Assembly: GCA_048938445.1 (NCBI GenBank)
Contig: JBHLME010000139.1
Span: forward strand, 1 to 11,459
DNA from: Promethearchaeota archaeon
GTDB taxonomy: Archaea > Asgardarchaeota > Lokiarchaeia > Sigyniarchaeales > SOKP01
Direction of reading: 5' to 3'
DNA: 11,459 bases
Numbering within the stretch: the first letter of the stretch is position 1; the number at the start of each line of letters is the position of its first letter. This document shows positions 1-7,866 of this stretch, in pieces. The translations under genes and the position numbers were made by a program. Below the pieces are notes generated by a model. The model saw only the letters and a list, made by a program, of their open reading frames with translations. It ran no database searches and was not told the DNA's origin.

Positions 1-2
1 AT

Positions 3-692
3 CGTGCTAATTTCTTTAAAGATGTCATCATTCACGATGTTAATAATATCTTTCAAGTCATTCGTTCCTCGGGAGAATTATATTCTATTTATAAAGAGAA
101 ATCACTCGATTTAGAAAAAATCGACGATTTATTAAATATGATTAATGAGGCAGGTGAAAGAGGAATAAAGCTAGTTCAAAATGCTCGAAAGTTATCCCAA
201 ATCGAAGAATCCGAAACTGTTATTCAAAGTATTGATCTATTTGACATTTTAAACGCTTCTATAAAAATCATGAAAAAACATTCGCAAGAACAACAAGTTA
301 ACATTCAAATAGATGCAATTAGTCAAAATGTCAAGGTTCGTGCAAATGAATTATTACAAGACGTATTTGAAAATATTTTGGCAAATAGCGTGAAATATAA
401 CCAAAATCCAACCTTAGAGATTACTATTAGGATTTCTAAAATTCAAAAAAATGACCAAAATCATGTTAAGTTAGAATTTATTGATAATGGAATTGGCATT
501 CCCGATTTTAAAAAGGAATTGATTTTTGAAAAGGGATCTAAGGAAAAAGGCGGGAAAGGCCTGGGTTTTGGATTGTCCCTCGTGAAAAAAATCGTTGAAA
601 GCTATAAGGGAAAGATTTGGGTCGAAGATAGAGTTGAAGGGGATTACACTAAAGGAAGTAATTTTGTTTTATTAATTCCTGAAGCACTTTAG
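3..692 (+). CDS. Two-component sensor histidine kinase, C-terminal HisKA + HATPase_c part (5' truncated by window)
   Basis: The frame is open from nt 3 (RANFFKDVIIHDVNNIFQ..., H-box His at 33-35), so ATG138 is internal. N-box ENILANSVKY, G1 DNGIGI, F-box IFEKG, G2 GKGLGFGL, and GKIWVE..GSNF are all present. Confidence 0.95.
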   Translation, partial: RANFFKDVIIHDVNNIFQVIRSSGELYSIYKEKSLDLEKIDDLLNMINEAGERGIKLVQNARKLSQIEESETVIQSIDLFDILNASIKIMKKHSQEQQVNIQIDAISQNVKVRANELLQDVFENILANSVKYNQNPTLEITIRISKIQKNDQNHVKLEFIDNGIGIPDFKKELIFEKGSKEKGGKGLGFGLSLVKKIVESYKGKIWVEDRVEGDYTKGSNFVLLIPEAL

Positions 693-939
693 TTGATTTT
701 TAAATGATATAAATTTTCAGGAAAAAGAAAAGACGGAACATTTTCCTAATGTCATTGATACTTTGTCATGTTTTTTTAATCAATTTTAGAATTTCAGGCG
801 AAAACGTGATCTCTAGTCTCCACATCATGTTTTATAAATTATTTAATAAATTTTATATGAAAAAATACTAGATAATATTTAATAATACTAAATATTATAT
901 AATATACATATCATTATTAATAATTAAAATAATTTTTAC

Positions 940-2556
940 ATGATCAAAATGAATGACAAAGATAATGATGAATTAATAAAAATTTCCTTAAATATTCCCA
1001 AGTCAATTGTAAACCTTGTTGATAGAGAGGCAGATATGGAGAGACCTCAACTTAACAGGACGCAAATGTTAATAAAAATGATCTTGGCTTACCAAGAACG
1101 ACATTTAAAAAAATTTGAGCAAAAAATGTATGAGAGTACATTAAATCATCCTTCTTTTAAAAGAAAAATGTATGAAACTGTATATGATTCACGGAACTCT
1201 GATGTATATGCATTAATATTTAAAATTATTTTTCTTAGAAGAAAACATAACATTAATGATTTTATCGGCAACAATTTAGATATTCTTACTTCTGATTACT
1301 TCAAACCTCTAATTGGAATCGATATTCAAATACTTTTAAGACAAGTACGGGGTATAAAACATACACTTCAGGTGTGGGATATTGATATGGAAGATAATTT
1401 TAAGAAATTGGTATCAGGATGGTCTGATGGGGCCCATGGTGCTATTATTATCTTAGATTTAACCTCTCCGGAAAATTTCGATGAAATTAAGGGTTGGATT
1501 GATGAATTAAGATTAAGTAAAAATAATTATGAAATTACCATACTTCTCATTGGATATAAGGCTAACGAGCACGAAGAATCTGTAATTGATTTAGAAAAAA
1601 TTGATAAATTTACGAGTGATAATAATATCTATTACATGGAACAATTAGGTTCTTCTCTTAACGATGAAATTGATTGCTTTAACGTACTCACTAGTCTCGT
1701 GGAAGGTTTAGATTTATTTATTAAAAAAGAAATAGTATTTAGACCAGGAGAAGTAATGAAGATTAGGGAACTTATACAAAAGTGGAATAACATACATTTA
1801 AAAAATAAGTTGCTGGATTTAGCCACTAAATATTCCCGCTTACAAGTAATCGAAATGGCAGAAGAATGCGATTTAGATGAGGAAAAGATTCTACCCATCG
1901 TGAAAGAAATGATTGAAAAAGGCGAGCTTAAAGCAAAATATTATGAGAGTACTCGATCTGTCGTATTTAGGCAAGATCTTTATCAAAATCGTGATGAAAT
2001 CGAGCAAGTTCAAAAAAAACAAATAATAACGAATTTTAAAATGAAAATACTAATAATAACACCTAGAAATGTCGACATAAACGAATTTCTTAATAGAGAT
2101 TTTAAAAATCGATATGTATCGAATCATATATTAACAACAGGTGTAGAGATTTTAAGAAGGGATGTAGAATTTGAACCAGGGGAAATCGCAATTCTTTCAG
2201 TTTGGTATGTTAAAGATGAATCCCGGTTTAGTTTTATTAAAAGCACTTTTTACAAGGGTTCTGCTGGTGCGATATTTTTCTTCGAACTAATGGCACCCGA
2301 CACATTCGAGGCGATTAAATTAATGATAGATGACGTTAAAAAAGCAATTTCGAATTTACCCTTTGTTTTAATAGGCCTAAAAGACGAAATATTGGATGAT
2401 TCTGGCGTCAAGCTTGATCAGGCTAAAATCAAAAAATATGTAAAAAAATTGGGTGGATTCTATTTAGAAACTGAATTAGATAAAAAAAATGAAATTGATG
2501 AGGCATTTCGAGAGCTAACTCGACGTATAATCGATTTTAGACGCAGGTATTATTGA
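940..2556 (+). CDS. Multidomain protein: ribbon-helix-helix + degenerate Rab-like small GTPase + PCI/winged helix + second degenerate Rab-like GTPase
   Basis: RHH pattern KISLNIPKSIVNLVD...NRTQMLIKMILAY (~976-1098). Rab-like domain 1 (~1216-1700): IGID, TLQVWD, GAHGAIIILDLT, ILLIGYK. PCI-like LKNKLLDLATKYSRLQVIEMAEECDL..VKEMIEKGELKAKY..VVF (1798-1968). Rab-like domain 2 (~2035-2540): LTTGVEI, LSVW, RFSFIKSTFYKGSAG, PFVLIGLK, YLET, EAFRELTRRII. Confidence 0.85.
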   Translation: MIKMNDKDNDELIKISLNIPKSIVNLVDREADMERPQLNRTQMLIKMILAYQERHLKKFEQKMYESTLNHPSFKRKMYETVYDSRNSDVYALIFKIIFLRRKHNINDFIGNNLDILTSDYFKPLIGIDIQILLRQVRGIKHTLQVWDIDMEDNFKKLVSGWSDGAHGAIIILDLTSPENFDEIKGWIDELRLSKNNYEITILLIGYKANEHEESVIDLEKIDKFTSDNNIYYMEQLGSSLNDEIDCFNVLTSLVEGLDLFIKKEIVFRPGEVMKIRELIQKWNNIHLKNKLLDLATKYSRLQVIEMAEECDLDEEKILPIVKEMIEKGELKAKYYESTRSVVFRQDLYQNRDEIEQVQKKQIITNFKMKILIITPRNVDINEFLNRDFKNRYVSNHILTTGVEILRRDVEFEPGEIAILSVWYVKDESRFSFIKSTFYKGSAGAIFFFELMAPDTFEAIKLMIDDVKKAISNLPFVLIGLKDEILDDSGVKLDQAKIKKYVKKLGGFYLETELDKKNEIDEAFRELTRRIIDFRRRYY

Positions 2557-2747
2557 TTAATAAAAATCTTGATTAACAGTTATCAATGCCCAATTATCTG
2601 AAAATAATAAATATTCAATATCATGCTCAAGTATTAACCTGACCAAACTCATAAATAGGAAATTTAATATTTCCAATTGATTTTATTATAAGCAACATTT
2701 GAAATGTAATTATTACAATCTAACAATAATGGAAGAATTTAGAAAGA

Positions 2748-2753
2748 AGGGGC
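2748..2753 (+). promoter_or_regulatory. Shine-Dalgarno-like purine motif AGGGGC
   Basis: Lies 7 nt upstream of ATG2761. Confidence 0.45.
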
Positions 2754-2760
2754 GATATAA

Positions 2761-3333
2761 ATGGGTAAAGAACAGTTAATCACCGCCTTAAAGTTAATAG
2801 AACGAGATTTGATTGAGAACTATACTTCATACGAGGAACCGCAATTGGCTCAAGTAATATCTCAGTTTCAACGCAAGATCTTGGAGCTCAGAAAAAAAGA
2901 TCGAGATGTCCACGATAAACTGGAAACGCTGAGCGCGAGCGATCTTACCACGGTCATGAATGAAATTGATTTATGTTTGCTGTCGCCACCGGCTCAAAAA
3001 GCCAAGCTCGTGTTGGTTCTCAACAGCTTGATCATCCAAGAAGGGAAAGAAACGCAATTATTACAGATGATCAACAAGTTTAATTTCTTGAGAACGTCCT
3101 TCAAGAAATCGATGGCGAATGAAACCGCAGCAATGGTAATTACTCCAGAGAACATTGATGAAATCAGGAGTGAGTGGTTGGCGCACGATTCACCCGAGGA
3201 CTTGGCGGAAGATATGATAAATATGAACTTGAAGGATTTAAGAACAATTACAAAACCTTGGAAGATCAAGAGCAGGTCAAAAGATGGATTGATTGATATG
3301 ACGATTAATTACCTCAAAACCCAAAAAGAATAG
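2761..3333 (+). CDS. Hypothetical alpha-helical protein with possible C-terminal SAP/HeH (Rho-N-like) DNA-binding motif
   Basis: 190-aa ORF with an SD-like motif. Its coding pattern is conserved in the second copy, which shows many synonymous changes. The C-terminus MNLKDLRTITKPWKIKSRSKDGLIDMTINYL fits a helix-extended-helix pattern; that domain call is tentative. Confidence 0.8.
   Translation: MGKEQLITALKLIERDLIENYTSYEEPQLAQVISQFQRKILELRKKDRDVHDKLETLSASDLTTVMNEIDLCLLSPPAQKAKLVLVLNSLIIQEGKETQLLQMINKFNFLRTSFKKSMANETAAMVITPENIDEIRSEWLAHDSPEDLAEDMINMNLKDLRTITKPWKIKSRSKDGLIDMTINYLKTQKE
2955..3318 (+). repeat. Direct repeat copy 1 (~360 bp) of segment at 6902-7266
   Basis: Hand alignment of 2965-3318 vs 6913-7266 is gap-free, with about 42 mismatches in 354 nt (~88% identity). 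Confidence 0.97.
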
Positions 3334-3560
3334 ACTAAATGATGATTTTAAAACATGAATAATTTGAGTTTGGAATATTAAAAAAAAAAATCCTTATAGA
3401 TTACGTTGCTTATTGAAAATGATTTTTAACCTTACTTTAATGGATTTTAGTGCTAGTAAAGCTATAAAATAGAGATTTCTATGTAAAAAATCCTAGATTT
3501 CTCTAATTAACTCCTTTTAAATTCAACAAAATAGAATTTTTTCCAACTTTTTTTTACTAG

Positions 3561-3697
3561 AATTAGGCCATCCAAATCCTTATTATATCCATTTAGTCAT
3601 TCCTAATTTGCCTATAATGTATTAATATAGGTTTTATTCTTATTAGATTGATTTAGGCTTTCCTAATTATTCTTAAATTTATTTGGCATGCCTAATT
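3561..3697. promoter_or_regulatory. Cluster of four palindromic TTAGG-N4-CCTAA-type boxes (DtxR/IdeR/SirR-family-like operators)
   Basis: 3561 AATTAGGCCATCCAAATC; 3591 ATTTAGTCATTCCTAATT; 3651 ATTTAGGCTTTCCTAATT (perfect core); 3680 TATTTGGCATGCCTAATT. Each is within 1 mismatch of the core. Confidence 0.7.
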
Positions 3698-3833
3698 TGA
3701 TATAAACATTTAATAATGAAGATTTTTTATATAAAAATATTTGATAAAATTAAGTTGTTTGAAAAAGAATCGATCAGATTCATGATTATCAAAAATAAAT
3801 GCTGATAATAAAATTAAAATTCAATGAGAGAAA

Positions 3834-4472
3834 ATGCTAAGCCGGTTCGAGATGCTATTTAATATATTAGGATATTATCTTTTATTCATCATTGCTCTTA
3901 TTTTCATGAGAAGGAGAACTAAATTACCTAAAGGATCAATTTTAGTCAAAAAGACGCCAACAAGTAGAGATAAACAAGCTCCTGGTAACCGTTGGTCTCA
4001 ATTAAGTCTAGCATTTGGAAATGGTTTTTTAATTGGAGTAGAAATGTATATTTTAATACTCACAATTTTCGATGCTTGGAAACCTGAATTTTCATTCTCG
4101 ACTATAAATTTCCCTATATTTATAAATTGGGCAGGGATTATTGGGCGGTGGCTCTCTATTTGCTGGGAAGCCTCAGTATTTTATTATAATGTCAATTATA
4201 CAGTATTTTGGAAACCAATACAAGATGAATACGTGCTAGCTACTGGTGGACCCTATAAATATATCCGACATCCGATGTATGTCAATAAAATGATAATATA
4301 TTTTTTCCTGTTTGCGGCTACGGGCTCATGGTTTATTTTTATCGGATTGCTCGGGTTCCTTCCGGTGCTTTACCAAGCTAAGCAAGAAGAAGCATTGATG
4401 CGAGAAACATTTGGTAACATTTACGAGGATTACATGTCCAGAACGGGACGTTTTCTACCCAAATTAAATTAG
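3834..4472 (+). CDS. Isoprenylcysteine carboxyl methyltransferase (ICMT/Ste14/PEMT)-family integral membrane methyltransferase
   Basis: Several hydrophobic segments, plus the hallmark LATGGPYKYIRHPMY and EEALMRETFGNIYEDYMSRTGRFLP motifs. Confidence 0.93.
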   Translation: MLSRFEMLFNILGYYLLFIIALIFMRRRTKLPKGSILVKKTPTSRDKQAPGNRWSQLSLAFGNGFLIGVEMYILILTIFDAWKPEFSFSTINFPIFINWAGIIGRWLSICWEASVFYYNVNYTVFWKPIQDEYVLATGGPYKYIRHPMYVNKMIIYFFLFAATGSWFIFIGLLGFLPVLYQAKQEEALMRETFGNIYEDYMSRTGRFLPKLN

Positions 4473-4731
4473 AAATTTTAGTAATATTTACTTAAGTATG
4501 GAGAAGACACTTTTTTTCAAAAAAAAATTTGTAGATATTGAGATTTTGAGTTTTTGAGATAAGTTATATTTAACAAAATTAAGAGTAATGAAAATCCTAA
4601 ACATTTTAATCAAACCTTGTATAAACTTTTTTCATTTCTATAGTGAAATAATTTATCTTCGATAAAAAGAAGCGATTTTTAAATACTATTATTTTATATT
4701 AATTATCACTGAAAGAAATGAGGTAATATGA

Positions 4732-5385
4732 TTGTCAAAAAGTTCAATATTAGATGATTTTAAAATAGATTTTCCTGGTGTTTATCGATTTATTGGATTT
4801 CATCAAATTTTAGAAGATTCAAATTATCCATTATATGTGGGAAAATCTGGAGATACTGAAAAGGTTTGGAATTATATCCGTGGTGGAAGAAAGGGAAATG
4901 GACCACAGATGCTAAAAGGACGGATTTTAAGACATTTAAATGATGATGCGGGTGTAATTAGTACGATTATTGATAAAATTAATTATTTAAAAAGCTTAGA
5001 ATATTGGATTGTCAATCCAAATGATTATGATCAAGTTGATTTATTTTTAGACGTGGTAAGGTATTTGGAATATTATATTAGAACTAATAAAAAAACATAT
5101 TATGATGAGATCATTAATGTACAAATTCAGGAAATAAAACCAAGTGTAGATGTAGAACAAATTGTTAAAAAAATTATTAAAGATAAACACGTTATTGAAT
5201 TCTCACAATTATTTTCGGATGAAGAAAGAGAATTTTTAAATTATTATTCGGTGATCACTTCAACACCCATTAAAAATTTGATTAATTTTAGAAGGTATAA
5301 TACTGCAAAAGATTTAATTGATCAATTCTTTGAAAGCTGGAAAAAAATAACAAAAGATAATTATTTCTGGCATAAAATTTCTTAA
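4732..5385 (+). CDS. GIY-YIG superfamily nuclease (stand-alone, UvrC-N-like motifs) with C-terminal extension
   Basis: PGVYRF...LYVGKS...LKGRILRHL...YLEYYI...IIN supplies the GIY, YIG, Arg, His, Glu and Asn elements. TTG start with GAGGT at 4720-4724. Confidence 0.75.
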   Translation: MSKSSILDDFKIDFPGVYRFIGFHQILEDSNYPLYVGKSGDTEKVWNYIRGGRKGNGPQMLKGRILRHLNDDAGVISTIIDKINYLKSLEYWIVNPNDYDQVDLFLDVVRYLEYYIRTNKKTYYDEIINVQIQEIKPSVDVEQIVKKIIKDKHVIEFSQLFSDEEREFLNYYSVITSTPIKNLINFRRYNTAKDLIDQFFESWKKITKDNYFWHKIS

Positions 5386-5610
5386 TCTAATGGTTAAAAG
5401 TGGCGATTTATCATGGTCTTTAGTATAATCTAATTACAAGCGTGCCAGATTCAAAAAGATATAAAGATTATCTTGAAATACTAATAATCGCATTGATTTG
5501 AATATTTAATATCTTAAAAAAAAATTAAGAGACGCACTTAAGTGAATTCCTCGCAATTTGATGGATAACTTTATTAATGCGCGTTATTTATCAAGAGTAA
5601 AGGTGAAATC

Positions 5611-6906
5611 ATGTCTAATCAACCTTACGAGATCAATGAAGCGGGACAGAAATTTATCGCAGATATGGAAGATATATTAAAACAAGAGATTAAAGTAGGA
5701 CGATATTCAAGAGAAATTCATGTGAGCGATGGGAACATAATTTCTGTTAATTTTTCATCAAGGAAAATAAGTAAACTTCCTGACAGCCTTTATTATCTAG
5801 AATCATTAGAAAATTTAAACTTAATGGAAAATAAAATTACTAAATTATCTGAATCAATTGGTAATTTAAAAAATTTAAAGAATTTAATAATATTTGGTAA
5901 TCCCATAAAAACACTCCCTGAAAACCTGTCTTCCTTAATAAAATTGGAAGAAATTAACGTGAGTTTTACAAAAATATCCATTATACCTGAATGGTTTGAA
6001 AACTTCACTAATTTAAAAAAATTAGAAGCTCTAAATATTAATTTAAAAGTCATTCCAGAATGCGTGAGACAGCTAAAGAATCTACGAAATTTAGAATTAG
6101 ATAGCAACAAGATACCTCAAATACCAGAGTGGATTGGTGAGCTTACAAATCTTAAAGTTTTAGGTTTATGCTCGAATCCTATCAGCACGATTCCTGATTC
6201 ATTAAAAAATCTTGTAAACCTTGAAACACTTCTTTTACATGCTTGTAAACTTGAGTTCCTTCCCGATTTCGTGTGTGATTTAAGTAACTTAGAATATCTT
6301 GAACTTGCAGGTAATAATCTTAAAACACTTCCTAAAGACCTCGGAAAACTACGCTTATTGAGAGATATCGACATTCACGATAATAAAATCACCAGCTTGC
6401 CAGAATCAATAAAATTGTTAAAAAATCTTGAAACGCTCAACCTTGAATTTAACAACTATAAAACCTTACCCGAATCATTAATGGGAATGAAAATAGCCCC
6501 ATCATTATGGTTGTGCAATAATAAGTTATCAAGTCTTCCCGATTGGTTTGCTCAAGACAATAAAGTAGGGGAATTATGTTTATCAGACAATTTGTTTGAA
6601 GAATTTCCGGAGCAATTAAAATATCTCCCTAACCTGGAAATTTTGTATATAAACAATAATAAAATCAAGGTAATTCCAGAATGGATAAGCGAGATACCAC
6701 TTTTGGAGGTATTGGACGTGTCAAACAACATGATCACGGAATTACCAGGTTTTTTAAAGGATCTTGAATTGGATGAACTTACTATAACAGGTAATCCAAT
6801 TAAAAATGTCCCTGAATGGGCCGCCTCATTAAACCGATTAGAAAGATTAAAGAAAGAACGCGAAGTATTCTCCCAGGAAAAAAAAAGAAACATAAAAAAT
6901 CCATGA
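5611..6906 (+). CDS. Leucine-rich repeat protein (~16 repeats of ~23 aa)
   Basis: Repeated LxxLxLxxNxIxxLPxxIxxLxx units. AGGTGA SD-like motif at 5601-5606. No signal peptide or TM segment is evident. Confidence 0.97.
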   Translation: MSNQPYEINEAGQKFIADMEDILKQEIKVGRYSREIHVSDGNIISVNFSSRKISKLPDSLYYLESLENLNLMENKITKLSESIGNLKNLKNLIIFGNPIKTLPENLSSLIKLEEINVSFTKISIIPEWFENFTNLKKLEALNINLKVIPECVRQLKNLRNLELDSNKIPQIPEWIGELTNLKVLGLCSNPISTIPDSLKNLVNLETLLLHACKLEFLPDFVCDLSNLEYLELAGNNLKTLPKDLGKLRLLRDIDIHDNKITSLPESIKLLKNLETLNLEFNNYKTLPESLMGMKIAPSLWLCNNKLSSLPDWFAQDNKVGELCLSDNLFEEFPEQLKYLPNLEILYINNNKIKVIPEWISEIPLLEVLDVSNNMITELPGFLKDLELDELTITGNPIKNVPEWAASLNRLERLKKEREVFSQEKKRNIKNP

Positions 6907-7266
6907 ATTGATATTGATTTATGCTTGTTATCACCACCGGCTCAAAAAGCCAAGCTCGTTTCGGTTCTCAACAGCTTGATCATCCAAGAAGGGAAGGAAA
7001 CGCAATTATTACAGATGATCAACAAGTTTAATTACTTGAGAATGTCGTTCAAGAAATCAACGGCGGAAGAGCCCGAAGCACTGGAAATTACTCCAGAGAA
7101 CATTGATGAGATCAGGAGCAAGTGGTTGGCATACGATTCACCCGAGGACTTGGCGGGAGAAATGGAAAGAATCAACTTGAAGGATTTACGAGCAATTACA
7201 AAGCCTTGGAAGCTCAAGAGCAGGTCGAAAGAGGGCTTAATTGATTTGACTATTAATTACCTTAAA
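6902..7266 (+). repeat. Direct repeat copy 2 of 2955-3318
   Basis: Homology begins at CATGAA (6902), overlapping the LRR stop codon. There is one extra T near 6908-6909; after that the alignment is gap-free at offset 3948. Confidence 0.97.
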
Positions 7267-7287
7267 AAAATAAATAATTTGAGTTAA
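6907..7287 (+). pseudogene. 5'-truncated paralog (about aa 66-186) of the 2761-3333 gene; may be translated from TTG6925 or by read-through from the LRR gene
   Basis: Reads IDIDLCLLSPPAQKAKLV... vs MNEIDLCLLSPPAQKAKLV... in copy 1. It lacks the first 65 aa, and the ATG equivalent to Met66 (6903) is out of frame by 1 nt. Confidence 0.6.
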
Positions 7288-7350
7288 TTAAGAAATTTGA
7301 GATAAATTAATAGCATATTTTTTTAATTTATTAAATGGATTAATCAAAAA

Positions 7351-7857
7351 TTAATATATTTTTATATCTGTCTTATTATTTAAATCTCTCTCAATCCAGT
7401 TATCTACAATATCATAAGCTTTATATAAATATTGATATAAAAAAAAACCATTATTATTTTCTTCACTTAGTCTATCATATAATTCATTAAAATCTCTAAT
7501 ATTATAATTTTCATAAATTTCATTAAGTGATAGCCTTGCAATTTTCTTATGACTCCATTTTCTCAACCTATTTTCTTTCTTGCTATCCATAGTATCAATA
7601 TCTTGCCATGCATTACATTCGATATTAATATCATATTCAGAAATGGTTATAACAATATTTCTTCCAATATGATTTTTATACCATCTTACCATTAATTCTG
7701 GAAGATCCCATCTCCATTTAGTATATTCAAAATCCTTTTCTCTCATATTAGGATTTTCTGCAATTTGAGCGGATATCATACTCTTTATTTGAATTTTAAA
7801 TAAGGTGAGTATTCGATCTAATTGATAATTTGTAAATTTTTTTGGATACTCGAACAT
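7351..7857 (-). CDS. Hypothetical Trp-rich protein; candidate antitoxin/immunity partner of upstream toxin-like gene
   Basis: 168-aa ATG ORF in very AT-rich DNA, starting 9 nt after the stop of 7867-8214. No family recognised; function is inferred from position only. Confidence 0.7.
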   Translation of the reverse strand: MFEYPKKFTNYQLDRILTLFKIQIKSMISAQIAENPNMREKDFEYTKWRWDLPELMVRWYKNHIGRNIVITISEYDINIECNAWQDIDTMDSKKENRLRKWSHKKIARLSLNEIYENYNIRDFNELYDRLSEENNNGFFLYQYLYKAYDIVDNWIERDLNNKTDIKIY

Positions 7858-7866
7858 ATTTTACAA

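Noticed and set aside
1121-1180. KMYES/KMYET short duplication in the RHH-Rab linker
   Set aside because: Only ~13 nt and A-rich; at most a local slippage with no interpretable function.
1632-1898. Antisense ORF (also 2994-3269, 5793-6110, 6117-6374, 6552-6893, 7032-7217, 8794-9033)
   Set aside because: All lie wholly opposite well-supported genes and have the F/S/I-rich composition of shadow frames, with no motifs.
2658-2717. Short palindromes GGAAAT-N5-ATTTCC, ACATTT-G-AAATGT and TGTAAT-T-ATTACA upstream of 2761
   Set aside because: 6-bp arms in very AT-rich DNA are expected by chance, and they share no clear consensus.
3561-3697. CRISPR mini-array interpretation of the repeated palindromes
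   Set aside because: The units are only ~18 bp and non-identical, gaps are irregular (12, 42 and 11 nt), and no cas genes are present.
940-4472. ICMT acting on the neighbouring Rab-like protein as in eukaryotic prenyl-Cys methylation
   Set aside because: The Rab-like protein ends RRRYY with no CAAX/CC/CXC motif, ICMT-family genes are widespread in prokaryotes, and the genes are not operonic.
4510-4561. T8/A9 run and three TTGAG repeats after the ICMT gene
   Set aside because: The T-run is compatible with an archaeal terminator, but the sequence is too low in complexity to support a call.
4732-5385. Calling the GIY-YIG gene uvrC
   Set aside because: It lacks the UVR, RNase H-like and HhH domains, and there is no uvrA/uvrB nearby.
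6904-6906. In-frame TGA as selenocysteine (Lokiarchaeia are known to use Sec)
   Set aside because: It aligns to Met66, not Cys, of copy 1, has no redox-motif context, is explained by a 1-nt insertion at the junction, and I could not identify a SECIS by eye.
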